Below, in pieces: positions 9,372 through 19,527 of a stretch of DNA of 64,000 nt. Made by a program: the position numbers and the translations under genes. Source of the stretch: Alphaproteobacteria bacterium (GTDB taxonomy: Bacteria > Pseudomonadota > Alphaproteobacteria > SP197); assembly GCA_965204785.1 (NCBI GenBank), contig OZ242015.1, positions 3,490,575 to 3,554,574 of the forward strand, in the 5' to 3' direction. The number at the start of each line of letters is the position of its first letter. Positions within the stretch are counted from its first letter, which is position 1. Under the pieces are notes generated by a model that saw only the letters and a program-made list of their open reading frames with translations, did no database searches and was not told the origin of the DNA.

Positions 9372-10256
9372 ATGGCAAGCGATGACCGCGCCCGGGAGGC
9401 CTTTATCGAGATGATGGTCGCTGAGCGTGGCGCAGCGGCCAACACGGTCGCGGCTTACCGGCGCGACCTTGACGATCTCGCTTTCTATCTCCACCGAAGC
9501 GACACGACGACCCTGGATGCTACCGGGGAAGACCTGCGTGGTTACCTCCGCGCCCTTCAGCGCAAGGGGGCCGGCGCGCGCACCGCCGCGCGGCGGCTCT
9601 CGGCACTGCGCCAGTACTACCGGTTTCTCTATGGCGAGGGCGAACGCGGCGACGACCCCACGGCGACCTTGGAGGCGCCGCGCGCGGGCAGGCTGTTGCC
9701 GAAGATCCTGACCGAATCGGAGACTCAAGCCCTGCTCAATGCGGCGCGCAGCGGTGAGACGGCGCAGGATATGCGCACCTGTGCCCTGATCGAGTTGCTC
9801 TATGCCACGGGACTGCGCGTTTCCGAGCTCATCAGTCTTCCAAGGCGCGCCCTGTGCGACGATGCGCCCTTCATCATCGTGCGCGGCAAGGGTGGGCGCG
9901 AGCATCTGGTGCCGGTCGGCGAAGAAGCGGCAAAGGCGGCCCAGGCCTGGATTGCCATGCAGGACGGGCCGTCGCCCTGGCTCTTCCCCTCCCATGGCGC
10001 GTCCGGGCATCTGACGCGCCAGGCCGTGGGCAAAGCCCTCAAACAGCTTGCCATTGATGCCGGGATCGAGCCCGTGCGAGTTTCGCCCCATGTGCTGCGC
10101 CACGCCTTTGCCAGCCACCTTCTGGCCCATGGCGCGGACCTTCGCAGTGTCCAGAAAATGCTGGGCCATGCCGATATCTCGACAACGCAGATCTACACGC
10201 ATGTGTTAGAGGAACGGCTGAAGGCAACGGTGCTGAGCCATCATCCGCTTGCTTGA
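9372..10256 (+). CDS. xerD: Site-specific tyrosine recombinase XerD
   Basis: The N-terminal SAM-like domain (AYRRDLDDLAFYL) and the catalytic motifs R...HVLRHAFASHLL...Y (TQIYTHV) match XerD. Confidence 0.85.
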   Translation: MASDDRAREAFIEMMVAERGAAANTVAAYRRDLDDLAFYLHRSDTTTLDATGEDLRGYLRALQRKGAGARTAARRLSALRQYYRFLYGEGERGDDPTATLEAPRAGRLLPKILTESETQALLNAARSGETAQDMRTCALIELLYATGLRVSELISLPRRALCDDAPFIIVRGKGGREHLVPVGEEAAKAAQAWIAMQDGPSPWLFPSHGASGHLTRQAVGKALKQLAIDAGIEPVRVSPHVLRHAFASHLLAHGADLRSVQKMLGHADISTTQIYTHVLEERLKATVLSHHPLA

Positions 10257-10337
10257 CAGGCAGGAGCGGTGCGTGCATTGACGCGCCGCCTGTCGGAAAC
10301 GGGCAGCGACACCCTTTTTTTGAAGGAAGACAAACTC

Positions 10338-11318
10338 ATGAGCTTTACCGTCATCGAGCCCGACACCGCGCGTCTTAACCGCAGCGAACTGGCCGTTCCC
10401 GGCAGCCGTCCCGAATTGTTTGAAAAGGCCGCCAAGGGCGCCGCCGACGTGATTTTCCTGGATCTGGAAGATGCGGTCGCGCCTGACGACAAACCCCAGG
10501 CGCGCAAGAACGTCATCGAGGCGATCAACGACATCGACTGGCGCGCGAAGACCCTTTCTGTGCGCATCAACGGTCTCGACACCCACTACATGTACCGTGA
10601 TGTCGTCGACATCATCGAAAAGGCGCGTGACCGCCTGGATGTCATCATGATCCCCAAGGTCGGTACGTCTGAAGACGTCTATGCCGTCGACATGCTGGTC
10701 ACCCAGATCGAGGACGCCATGGGCCGCGACAAGCGCATTGGCTTCGAACTCATCGTCGAAACCGCGCTCGGCATGTCCAATGTCGAAGCCATCGCCCATG
10801 CCAGCCCGCGCAACGAAAGCCTGCATTTCGGCGTGGCCGACTATGCCGCATCGACCAAGGCGCGCATGACGACGATCGGTGGACCCAACCCGCTCTACGG
10901 CGTTCTGACCGACATCGACGGGGACAAGCCGCGCGATTATCACTGGGGCGATATGTGGCATTTCGCCATTTCGCGCATGGTGGTCGCCGCCCGCGCCGCG
11001 GGTCTGCGCCCGATCGACGGTCCCTTCGGCGATTTCAAGGATCCAGACGGCTACCATGCCCAGGCAAACCGCGCCGCCGCGTTGGGCTGTGAGGGCAAGT
11101 GGGCCATTCACCCCAGCCAAATCGACATCGCCAACGAGGTCAACAGTCCGTCGGAAAAGGAAGTCACCCAGGCCAAGCGCATCCTGGAAGCCATGGAGCA
11201 GGCCCAGAAGGACGGGCAGGGCGCGGTTTCGCTCGATGGCCGCCTGATCGACATCGCCTCGATCAAGCAGGCCGGGGTGCTGGTGCGCAAGTCCGAGCAG
11301 ATTGCTGCGGCCGGTTAA
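10338..11318 (+). CDS. mcl: L-malyl-CoA/beta-methylmalyl-CoA lyase (HpcH/HpaI aldolase family)
   Basis: MSFTVIEP...SRPELFEKAAKGAADVIFLDLEDAVAPDDK...KWAIHPSQI...GRLIDIASIKQA shows near-colinear similarity to Rhodobacter Mcl1. Confidence 0.8.
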   Translation: MSFTVIEPDTARLNRSELAVPGSRPELFEKAAKGAADVIFLDLEDAVAPDDKPQARKNVIEAINDIDWRAKTLSVRINGLDTHYMYRDVVDIIEKARDRLDVIMIPKVGTSEDVYAVDMLVTQIEDAMGRDKRIGFELIVETALGMSNVEAIAHASPRNESLHFGVADYAASTKARMTTIGGPNPLYGVLTDIDGDKPRDYHWGDMWHFAISRMVVAARAAGLRPIDGPFGDFKDPDGYHAQANRAAALGCEGKWAIHPSQIDIANEVNSPSEKEVTQAKRILEAMEQAQKDGQGAVSLDGRLIDIASIKQAGVLVRKSEQIAAAG

Positions 11319-11333
11319 GATACAGTCGGCGCC

Positions 11334-12287
11334 ATGCAGCACTACTTGGAATTCGAGCGGCCGGTTGCGGAACTTGAGAGTAAGATCAAGGAACTGCGAC
11401 GGCTGTCCGATAGCGACGGGGTCAACATCGTCGAGGAAGTCGCCCGGCTGGAGGCCAAGCTGGACCGATTGCTGGTGCAGTCCTACGGCAAGCTGACCCC
11501 CTGGCAGAAGACCCAAGTGGCGCGTCATCCCGACCGTCCGCATACCAGCCACTATATCGAGCATCTGCTTGAGGATTTCGTGCCGCTGGCGGGCGATCGT
11601 CTCTATGGCGAGGACGCGGCCCTGGTCGCGGGCATGGGCTCCCTCCGGGAGCGTTCGGTCATCGTCATGGGCCACGAGAAGGGCAGCGACACGGAAAGCC
11701 GTGTGCGCCACAACTTCGGCATGGCCCGTCCGGAAGGGTACCGCAAGGCGGTACGTCTGATGGAAATGGCCGACATCTTCCGCCTGCCGGTGGTTTCCCT
11801 GGTCGATACCTCGGGCGCCTATCCCGGCATCGGGGCGGAGGAACGCGGCCAGGCCGAGGCCATCGCGCGCTCCATCAAGACCTGCCTTGCCATCGGCGTG
11901 CCCTTCGTCACCGTGGTGATCGGCGAGGGCGGCTCGGGCGGGGCCATCGCCATCGCGGTCGCCGACCGGGTTCTGATGCTTGAACATGCGATCTATTCGG
12001 TGATCTCGCCGGAAGGCTGTGCCTCGATTCTCTGGCGCAGCGGCGAACAGGCCGAAACCGCTGCCGATGCCCTGAAGTTGACCGCGCAGGATCTCGCCGA
12101 CCTCAAGGTGATCGACGGCATCATCAAGGAGCCCCTAGGCGGCGCGCACCGCGACCACCAGGCAGTCATCGAAGAGGTCGGCAAGGCCATCCACGGTGCT
12201 CTCTCCGAACTCGAACAGGAGCCCGGCGACCTGCGCCGCAAACGCCGCGACAAATTCATGGACATGGGCCGCCACGGCCTGGGCTGA
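11334..12287 (+). CDS. accA: Acetyl-CoA carboxylase carboxyltransferase subunit alpha
   Basis: MQHYLEFERPVAELESKIKELR...DTSGAYPGIGAEERGQ...GEGGSGGA are AccA hallmarks. Confidence 0.9.
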   Translation: MQHYLEFERPVAELESKIKELRRLSDSDGVNIVEEVARLEAKLDRLLVQSYGKLTPWQKTQVARHPDRPHTSHYIEHLLEDFVPLAGDRLYGEDAALVAGMGSLRERSVIVMGHEKGSDTESRVRHNFGMARPEGYRKAVRLMEMADIFRLPVVSLVDTSGAYPGIGAEERGQAEAIARSIKTCLAIGVPFVTVVIGEGGSGGAIAIAVADRVLMLEHAIYSVISPEGCASILWRSGEQAETAADALKLTAQDLADLKVIDGIIKEPLGGAHRDHQAVIEEVGKAIHGALSELEQEPGDLRRKRRDKFMDMGRHGLG

Positions 12288-12331
12288 GCCTCAACCCCAA
12301 GCGCAAGACAATCGTCGCCCTGAACGCATGC

Positions 12332-12369
12332 CTGAATGGACCCCCAGCCTTCGCTGGGGGTCCATTCAG
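12332..12369. terminator. Bidirectional terminator / REP-like hairpin between convergent accA and secA
   Basis: A perfect 17-bp inverted repeat, CTGAATGGACCCCCAGC-cttc-GCTGGGGGTCCATTCAG. Its core CCCCAGCCTTCGCTGGGG recurs at 25322-25345. Confidence 0.6.
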
Positions 12370-12388
12370 ACCTGAGTCGGCCGCGCCG

Positions 12389-15154
12389 TCAGCCGACGCG
12401 CTCAATGGGGGCATCCTGGCCCAGTTTTCCGTGGCACTGCTTGTATTTTTTGCCTGAACCGCAGGGGCACGGTTCGTTGCGGCCCACCTTGCCCCAGGTA
12501 TCGGGGTTCGCGGGGTCGCGGTCGGCGGGTTCGATGCGTCGGTTAACCGTGGTTTGCTGCCAGTCGCCGATCTGCTGCTGCGGACTTGCCGGCTGCGCGG
12601 AAAGCGCAGGGTCGCTGCGCTGCTCCTGCATGGTCTTCTGCTGTTCCTGCCGACGCCGCGCCAGCAGGTCGGCGGCATCGACGCGGATTTCCACGTGCAT
12701 CAGCATCTGCGTCACGGACTCGCGTACGCTGGCCAGCATGCCGTCGAACAGGTTGAAGGCCTCGCGCTGGTATTCGCGCAGCGGGTCTTTCTGGGCATAG
12801 GCGCGCAGGCCGACCGCCTGACGCAGGTGATCGAGCGAAAGCAGGTGGTCGCGCCACTTCTGATCCAGAATCTGGAGCAGCAGGCTCTTTTCGGCGACCC
12901 GCATGACGGCGGGCGTGTAGCTTTCTTCCTTGGCTGCGGCCTTTTCGTTGGCGGCTGCAGTGATGCGCTCGAGCACCTCCTCGTCGGCGATGCATTCCTC
13001 GGCGGCCCATTCCTCGACCGGCAGGTTGAGGTCCAGCAAGCGGTGCACTTCCTCGGCCAGCGATGCGGTTTCCCACTGATCGGGATAGGCGTCGGAGGGG
13101 ATGGTGTCCGCGACGATGCCCTCGATGACCTCATGGCGCATGTCGGTGATTGTCTCGGAAACATCGCTCGCCGACATCAGGTCGCGGCGCTGTTCGTAGA
13201 TCACCTTGCGCTGATCGTTCATGACGTTGTCGAAGCGCAGCAGCGTCTTGCGGATATCGAAGTTGCGCGCCTCGACCTTGCTCTGGGCGCGTTCGATCGC
13301 CTTGTTGACCCAGGGATGGGTGATCGCCTCGCCTTCTTCCAGGCCCAGCTTCTGGAGCATGCCGTCCAGGCGCTCCGAGCCGAAAATGCGCATCAGGTCG
13401 TCTTCGAGCGACAGCAGGAAGGTCGATGCGCCGGGATCGCCCTGACGGCCGGAACGGCCGCGAAGCTGGTTGTCGATGCGCCGGCTTTCATGGCGTTCGG
13501 TGCCCAGAATGTAAAGGCCTCCGGCTTCCAGGACCTTTTTGCGTTCCTGAGCGACGTCATCGCGGATGCGCCGGGCTTCCTTTTCGCACTTGGTTTCGTC
13601 CTTCACGGACGCCAGCTCTTCCCCGATGCGCATGTCGGCGTTGCCGCCAAGCTGGATGTCGGTGCCGCGGCCGGCCATGTTGGTCGCGATCGTCACCGCG
13701 CTCAGACGTCCGGCCTGGGCCACGATGCTGGCTTCCTGTTCGTGGTAGCGCGCGTTGAGCACGCTGTGCTTGATGCGGCGCTTCTTCAAGAGTGCCGCGA
13801 TCATCTCGGACTTCTCGATCGAGACCGTGCCCACCAGGACGGGTTGGCCGCGCTTGTGGCATTCCTCGATCAGATCAATGACCGCGTCGTATTTTTCCTT
13901 GGCCGTGCGATAGACCTCATCGTCCCGGTCCTTGCGGATCATCTCCTGGTGTGTCGGGATTTCGACCACGTTCAAGCTGTAGATCTCCGCGAATTCGTCA
14001 GCCTCGGTCATCGCCGTGCCGGTCATGCCGGCAAGCTTGTCGTAGAGACGGAAATAGTTCTGGAAGGTGATCGAGGCCAGCGTCTGGTTCTCGGTCTGGA
14101 TCTCGACCTTTTCCTTGGCCTCCAGCGCCTGGTGCAGGCCTTCGGAGAAACGCCGGCCTTCCATCATGCGTCCGGTGAACTCGTCGATGATGATGACTTT
14201 GTTGTCCTTGACGATGTAATCGACATCGCGCGTGAACAGCTTGTGGGCGCGCAGCGCCTGGTTGGTGTGATGCACCAGGTTGACATTGGCGATGTCGTAA
14301 AGGCTGCCTTCGGTCATCAGGCCTGCTTGCGTCAGCAGTTCCTCGATGTGTTCGGTGCCCTGATCGGTCAGGGACACGGCACGCTGTTTCTCGTCCTTCT
14401 CGTAATCGTTCTCGATGAGCTTGGGGATCAGGACATCGACCTTGCGGTACATGTCCGAGGAATCCTCTGTCGGACCGGAGATCACCAGCGGCGTGCGCGC
14501 CTCGTCGACCAGAATGCTGTCGACCTCGTCGACGATGGCGAAGTTCTGGCCGCGCTGGGCCATGCTTTCCAGCGAGAACTTCATGTTGTCGCGCAGATAG
14601 TCGAAGCCTAACTCGTTGTTGGTACTGTAGGTCACGTCGCAGGCGTACTGTTCCTTGCGCGTGCCGTCGTCTAGGCCCGGCACGATGCAGCCCACGGAGA
14701 GGCCCAAGAAACGGTAGATCTGGCCCATCCACTCGGCGTCGCGACGCGCGAGGTAGTCGTTGACCGTCACCACGTGCACGCCCTCGCCGGAGAGTGCGTT
14801 GAGATAGACGGGAAGCGTCGCCACCAGGGTCTTGCCCTCACCGGTCTTCATTTCGGCGATCGTGCCGTTGTGAAGGACCATGCCGCCCAACAACTGCACA
14901 TCGAAATGGCGCTGGCCCAGCGTGCGTTTGGCAGCCTCGCGTACGGTCGCAAAGGCTTCCACCAGCAGATTGTCAAGGGTCTCCCCATCGGCGAGCCTCT
15001 GACGGTATTCGTCGGTCTTGGCGGTCAGCGCGACATCGTCCAGCGCCTCGAACTCCGGCTCGATCACGTTGATCCGCTCCACCGTCTTGGTGAGCTTCTT
15101 GATATGCCTTTGGTTGGCCGAACCGAAAATTCGGCCTGCAAGCGCGCCAAGCAT
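12389..15154 (-). CDS. secA: Preprotein translocase subunit SecA
   Basis: [21 protein letters not shown]..., DEAD motor motifs, and a C-terminal zinc finger [14 protein letters not shown]. The start codon is at 15152-15154. Confidence 0.95.
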   Translation of the reverse strand: MLGALAGRIFGSANQRHIKKLTKTVERINVIEPEFEALDDVALTAKTDEYRQRLADGETLDNLLVEAFATVREAAKRTLGQRHFDVQLLGGMVLHNGTIAEMKTGEGKTLVATLPVYLNALSGEGVHVVTVNDYLARRDAEWMGQIYRFLGLSVGCIVPGLDDGTRKEQYACDVTYSTNNELGFDYLRDNMKFSLESMAQRGQNFAIVDEVDSILVDEARTPLVISGPTEDSSDMYRKVDVLIPKLIENDYEKDEKQRAVSLTDQGTEHIEELLTQAGLMTEGSLYDIANVNLVHHTNQALRAHKLFTRDVDYIVKDNKVIIIDEFTGRMMEGRRFSEGLHQALEAKEKVEIQTENQTLASITFQNYFRLYDKLAGMTGTAMTEADEFAEIYSLNVVEIPTHQEMIRKDRDDEVYRTAKEKYDAVIDLIEECHKRGQPVLVGTVSIEKSEMIAALLKKRRIKHSVLNARYHEQEASIVAQAGRLSAVTIATNMAGRGTDIQLGGNADMRIGEELASVKDETKCEKEARRIRDDVAQERKKVLEAGGLYILGTERHESRRIDNQLRGRSGRQGDPGASTFLLSLEDDLMRIFGSERLDGMLQKLGLEEGEAITHPWVNKAIERAQSKVEARNFDIRKTLLRFDNVMNDQRKVIYEQRRDLMSASDVSETITDMRHEVIEGIVADTIPSDAYPDQWETASLAEEVHRLLDLNLPVEEWAAEECIADEEVLERITAAANEKAAAKEESYTPAVMRVAEKSLLLQILDQKWRDHLLSLDHLRQAVGLRAYAQKDPLREYQREAFNLFDGMLASVRESVTQMLMHVEIRVDAADLLARRRQEQQKTMQEQRSDPALSAQPASPQQQIGDWQQTTVNRRIEPADRDPANPDTWGKVGRNEPCPCGSGKKYKQCHGKLGQDAPIERVG

Positions 15155-15393
15155 CAGAGATTCTTTCGTTTTCCGCCCGGCAAACAGGGCGCAAGTGTCA
15201 GGCGCACAGATAGGGTCCAGCCGTGGCGGTGTCAACGCCGCGTGGATTGCCGGCCTGCTGGCCGGATCGTGACGAAGTGCGGCTTGCCCGCGCCGGAGCG
15301 ATGTGATCTCTAGCGCGTTCCCTCATGGACACGTGCGACACGGCATGGTCGCCACGCCCCGCAACGACCCATTCGACCGCTGGAGAAATCGAC

Positions 15394-16230
15394 ATGAAAA
15401 TGGTTCTGGCTGCTGCCTTGCTGGCTTTTCTGCTGTGGGCGCCGACCAAATCCCACGCCCAGGATGACGCCGATACTGGCGCGCAAATGTTAGCCAGCGT
15501 CAATGGCGAGAACATCACCCGCGACGATGTGGTGACGGCGATCCTTGCTCTTCCGGCGGAATATCAGGACATACCCATGGAGTATCTCTGGGAACCGATC
15601 CTCAATCAGATCATCGACCGCAAGCTGGTTGCCGCGGCCGCCAAGGATGAAGGCATCGATCGGTCAGAGGCCTATCTCGAGGAAATGACGCTGATCCAGG
15701 AGGAAGTTCTCCAGCAGATGTACATGCAGGCCCGCGTGGATGAGGAAATGACCGATGCGGCGATCCAGCAGGCCTACGAGGTCTGGCTAAAGGAATACCA
15801 CGCCACCGGCCTGGGCGATGAGGTGCACGCACGCCACATCCTGCTGGGCAGCCAGGAGGAGGCCGCCGAGGTAGCCGAACGCGCCGAGGTCGGAGAGGAT
15901 TTCGCCGAACTGGCCAAGGAACTCTCGACGGGCCCGTCGAGCGTCGAAGGCGGCGATCTGGGCTGGTTCCACTACGGCGACATGGTCCAGGAATTCGCCG
16001 ATGCGGCCTATACCCTCCAGCCCGGCGAGATTTCCGGGCCGGTTGAATCGCCCTTCGGCTGGCACGTGATCAAGATGGAGGAACGCCGGCTCATGGATCC
16101 GCCCACCCTGGAGGAGGTCGAGGTCGACCTGCGCGACACTCTGGCACGCGATACCATCCTGGCTGAACTTGATGCCTTGCGCGCCGATGCCGAAGTCGAG
16201 ATCATGGAGCCTGCTCCCGTTTCCGAATAG
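15394..16230 (+). CDS. Peptidyl-prolyl cis-trans isomerase (parvulin/SurA-PrsA-like), secreted
   Basis: A signal peptide MKMVLAAALLAFLLWAPTKSHAQ and a parvulin domain RHILLGSQEEA...GDLGWFHYGDMVQEF...GWHVIK. Confidence 0.75.
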   Translation: MKMVLAAALLAFLLWAPTKSHAQDDADTGAQMLASVNGENITRDDVVTAILALPAEYQDIPMEYLWEPILNQIIDRKLVAAAAKDEGIDRSEAYLEEMTLIQEEVLQQMYMQARVDEEMTDAAIQQAYEVWLKEYHATGLGDEVHARHILLGSQEEAAEVAERAEVGEDFAELAKELSTGPSSVEGGDLGWFHYGDMVQEFADAAYTLQPGEISGPVESPFGWHVIKMEERRLMDPPTLEEVEVDLRDTLARDTILAELDALRADAEVEIMEPAPVSE

Positions 16231-16238
16231 GCAACGCC

Positions 16239-17495
16239 ATGGCCAAGGCTAAGAAATCTTCCGGCTCCAGCGTCTCGCCCCTGGCGTCTGACTGTTTCCC
16301 GGACATGCATCCCGTCGCCGGTGTGAGTCTGGCCACGGGCCGTGCGGGGATCACTGCGTCCTGCACGAAACTCGACCTGATGCTGGCGGTGTTCGACAAG
16401 CCCGCAGCTGTGGCCGGCGTGTTCACGAAATCCAGCACGGCCGGCGCGCCGGTGCGCTGGTGCCGTAAGCATCTGCCCAAGGGCAAGGCTCTCGCGCTGA
16501 TCGTGAATTCCGGCAACGCCAACGTCTGCACGGGCAAGGCAGGCGCCGCCGCCGTGGCCGCCGCGACGCGCGGTGTGGCCGATCTGGTGGGCTGCAGGGT
16601 AGGCGATGTCTATATCGCCTCGACCGGCGTCATCGGTCAGCCACTGCCCATCGACAAGGTCGTCAAGGCGCTGCCCAAGCTCCATAAAAGCCTCAAGAGC
16701 GGCACATGGTACGATGCTGCGGTTGCCATCATGACCACCGACACCTTCCCGAAAGGCGCGTCGGTCGAGACCGAGATCTGCGGCAAGCCCGTCAGGATCA
16801 CCGGCATCGCGAAGGGTTCGGGCATGATCGCACCGGACATGGCGACCATGCTGGCTTACGTCTTCACCGATGCGAAACTCCCCTCCGGTGTCCTCCAGTC
16901 CCTGCTGAAGACGGCCGCGGACGTCTCGTTCAACGCCATTACCGTCGACAGCGACACCTCGACCAGCGATACGCTCCAGCTCTTCGCCACCGGACAGGCC
17001 AAACATCCCGCCATCGCCAAGGTCTCCGATCCGGCGCTGCGCACGTTCCGCAAGGCGCTCAATGCGCTGTGCCTCGAGCTCGCCCATCAAGTCATCCGCG
17101 ACGGCGAGGGCGCGCAGAAGTTCATCGAAATCGCCGTTTCGGGTGCGCGTTCCGCCAAGGCCGCGCGCACCATCGGTCTCTCCATCGCCAACTCCCCGCT
17201 GGTCAAGACGGCCATCGCCGGCGGTGACGCCAACTGGGGCCGCATCGTCATGGCGGTGGGCAAGTCCGGCGAGGATATCGCCGAAACCAGCCTCAACATC
17301 TCGGTGGGCGGGTTTCCCGTCGCGGTCAACGGTGCACCCCCGCCCGGCTACGACGAAACGCCGGTCGCCCAGCACATGGCGGGTCAGAATCTGGAGATCG
17401 CGGTCGATGTCGGGTTGGGACGCGGCAAGGCCAAGGTCTGGACCTGTGATCTCACCCACGGTTACATCGACATCAACGCAGATTACCGCAGTTAG
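16239..17495 (+). CDS. argJ: Bifunctional glutamate N-acetyltransferase/amino-acid acetyltransferase
   Basis: GFTKSSTAGAPV, the autocleavage site ATMLAYVFTDA, and SDTLQLFATG match ArgJ. Confidence 0.9.
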   Translation: MAKAKKSSGSSVSPLASDCFPDMHPVAGVSLATGRAGITASCTKLDLMLAVFDKPAAVAGVFTKSSTAGAPVRWCRKHLPKGKALALIVNSGNANVCTGKAGAAAVAAATRGVADLVGCRVGDVYIASTGVIGQPLPIDKVVKALPKLHKSLKSGTWYDAAVAIMTTDTFPKGASVETEICGKPVRITGIAKGSGMIAPDMATMLAYVFTDAKLPSGVLQSLLKTAADVSFNAITVDSDTSTSDTLQLFATGQAKHPAIAKVSDPALRTFRKALNALCLELAHQVIRDGEGAQKFIEIAVSGARSAKAARTIGLSIANSPLVKTAIAGGDANWGRIVMAVGKSGEDIAETSLNISVGGFPVAVNGAPPPGYDETPVAQHMAGQNLEIAVDVGLGRGKAKVWTCDLTHGYIDINADYRS

Positions 17496-17605
17496 CGGGA
17501 ACGAAACACCAGATATCGTTGATGTCCTCGCTAGCTCAGCAATACCTTGATTTCCCATTCCAGCGCACTAGCATGACCGCGTTTTTCGCGCGCACAGGAG
17601 CCTCC

Positions 17606-18091
17606 ATGTCCAATTTCGCCATTGCCGGCGTCCAGATGCACATCGGCAACGACGACAACGGTGACGCCATCAAGCGGCACGTGCGCAGCACCACCTTCGC
17701 CAGATGGTGGTTGCCGGAGGCCGGCCGCTTCGGACTGGCGACCCGTTACGACAAGTGGTTCCCCGAAGTGCAGCGCCAGACGTGCTGGCAGGGTACCGAG
17801 GTCATCGTTCAGGTGATGGCCACCGGCACCATCGACCGCGATGTCGAAACTGCGATCAACCGCACCAACGTCGCCGTCAACCAGTGCTATTTCATTGACG
17901 TGAACGGCGCCAAGGGCCTCTTCGGCAACGGACGTTCGGTCATTTATGCCCCCGAGGGCGAGTTGGTCCACGAGGCGGGAGAGGGCGAGGAAGTCTTCCC
18001 CGTCATGCTGGATCTCGAACGCATGCGCCGCACGCGTCAGTTGGGCATGCACGGTCTTGCCGCCAGCCGGCCCAGCGGAACCGACGGTTGA
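17606..18091 (+). pseudogene. Carbon-nitrogen hydrolase (nitrilase family) remnant with an internal deletion
   Basis: The N-terminus MSNFAIAGVQMHIGND...LPE and the C-terminus RYDKWFPE...NQCYFIDVN...VIYAPEGELVHEAGEGEEVFPVMLDLERMRRTR are both nitrilase-like. Only ~160 aa are present versus ~280 expected. The catalytic Lys region is missing and the catalytic Cys position reads Arg (TRYD versus ICYD). Compare with the intact paralog at 21588-22436. Confidence 0.5.
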
Positions 18092-18663
18092 TCGCGACCG
18101 ACCCACAGGGATCGGCGGTCCCGGCTGAGACGCCCAGAGACATCAAGACAAAGCGCCTGACGCTGGAGCCGTTGACCCAGGCCCATGCGCGTTCGCTCAC
18201 CCGCTTCGCGCGGCTATGGGAGGTCGCGCGCTTCACGGCCAACATCCCCCATCCCTATCCGCCCGGCTGCGCGGACAATTTCGCCAAACAGTCGATCGAG
18301 CAGCGGCGCGACGGCGGCGGCTGGGTCTTCGCCGTGCATCTTGGTGAGGACGTGATCGGCGTCGTCGATATCACGCTCTCGCCGGACCGGCGCAACGGTG
18401 AGTTGGGTTATGCCTTCGCGCCCTGGGCATGGGGCCGGGGCTATGCAACCGAAGCGGCCCGTGCGCTGATCGATTTCGGGTTCGGAACGCTGCGTCTCGA
18501 TGTCATCGAAGCCTTCGCCATGGTCGACAACCCGGCCTCGTGCCGCGTGCTGGCCAAGGCAGGCATGCGGCGTATCGGCGAACAGATGCTGCCGGCCCCT
18601 GCGCGTGGCCGTGACATCCTGTGCGAGGCCTATCGAATCTTCTGGACTGAATGTCTGCCCTGA
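18088..18663 (+). CDS. GNAT family N-acetyltransferase (RimJ/RimL-like)
   Basis: The acetyl-CoA binding motif ELGYAFAPWAWGRGYATEAARALIDFGF is present, and the TTG start overlaps the upstream stop. Confidence 0.7.
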   Translation: MIATDPQGSAVPAETPRDIKTKRLTLEPLTQAHARSLTRFARLWEVARFTANIPHPYPPGCADNFAKQSIEQRRDGGGWVFAVHLGEDVIGVVDITLSPDRRNGELGYAFAPWAWGRGYATEAARALIDFGFGTLRLDVIEAFAMVDNPASCRVLAKAGMRRIGEQMLPAPARGRDILCEAYRIFWTECLP

Positions 18664-19073
18664 AGCCGGGCGGTGGAACGCTTTATGCCGAATCCGTCGC
18701 CTTCGGCTGGCATCACGGCGGGGAACTGCTTTGGGCGGTGATCGAGACCTCCATCGGTCGTCTGGTCGGTTGTACCGGTCTCGATCCCTCTCTGGATCGG
18801 AGCAGGTTTGAACTGGGCTACATGTTTGTCCCCTGGGCATGGAGCAGGGGGATCGCGACCGAATGTTCGGCCGCGCTGGTCCACCACGCCTTCACGTCTC
18901 TCGGCTGCGACGAGGTCTTTGCCCATGCCGCGGTGGAGAATCCGGCATCGTGCCGTGTCCTGAACAGGGTCGGCTTGCGGCGAGTCGGCAACGCACGTTG
19001 TTTCGCGCCGGCGCGCAATCATTGGGTAAGAGCGGAATGTTACCGCCTAACTTGGCAGGAGTGGCGGTCATGA
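18651..19073 (+). CDS. GNAT family N-acetyltransferase, shorter tandem paralog
   Basis: ELGYMFVPWAWSRGIATECSAALVHHAF and NPASCRVLNRVGLRRVG parallel the upstream GNAT. It lacks the first ~45 residues of its paralog. Confidence 0.6.
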   Translation: MSALKPGGGTLYAESVAFGWHHGGELLWAVIETSIGRLVGCTGLDPSLDRSRFELGYMFVPWAWSRGIATECSAALVHHAFTSLGCDEVFAHAAVENPASCRVLNRVGLRRVGNARCFAPARNHWVRAECYRLTWQEWRS

Positions 19074-19468
19074 AGTCGGTGCTGGTCGTTGCCTGTGCCC
19101 TGGTCGACCCCGATGACCGCGTGCTGCTCGCCCGCCGCCCGGAGGGCAAGGCCATGGCGGGGCTGTGGGAGTTTCCCGGCGGCAAGGTCGAGGCTCACGA
19201 GACGCCCGAAACTGCCCTCATCCGCGAATTACATGAAGAACTCGCCATCGACGTGACCGAAGCCTGCCTTGCGCCCTTCACGTTCGCCAGCCACACTTAT
19301 GACGACTTCCATCTGCTCATGCCGCTTTACGTCTGCCGTCGTTGGCACGGGACCGTAATGGCTCTGGAACATCAGGAACTCGCCTGGGTGTGTCCCAACC
19401 GCATGAGCGGCTATCCCATGCCCCCCGCCGACGTAACCCTCGTCGCCATGCTTTGCGACCTTCTCTAG
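19070..19468 (+). CDS. mutT: Nudix hydrolase (MutT / 8-oxo-dGTP diphosphatase-like)
   Basis: The Nudix box is GKVEAHETPETALIRELHEELAI, with the start MKSVLVVACALV. The ATGA overlaps the GNAT stop. Confidence 0.75.
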   Translation: MKSVLVVACALVDPDDRVLLARRPEGKAMAGLWEFPGGKVEAHETPETALIRELHEELAIDVTEACLAPFTFASHTYDDFHLLMPLYVCRRWHGTVMALEHQELAWVCPNRMSGYPMPPADVTLVAMLCDLL

Positions 19469-19527
19469 TGTCGTTGTGCAGGCCCCGCTGGATCGCATGA
19501 GCGCGCTGCAGCGCCAGCATCACCGCT

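Noticed and set aside
9372-10256. XerD as a marker of a prophage or integrative element
   Set aside because: It has the chromosomal XerD architecture and sits in conserved housekeeping synteny. There are no adjacent phage genes or att-like repeats.
10296-10327. Intrinsic terminator after xerD (T8 tract at 10313-10327)
   Set aside because: A T-tract is present, but I could not find a convincing upstream GC stem.
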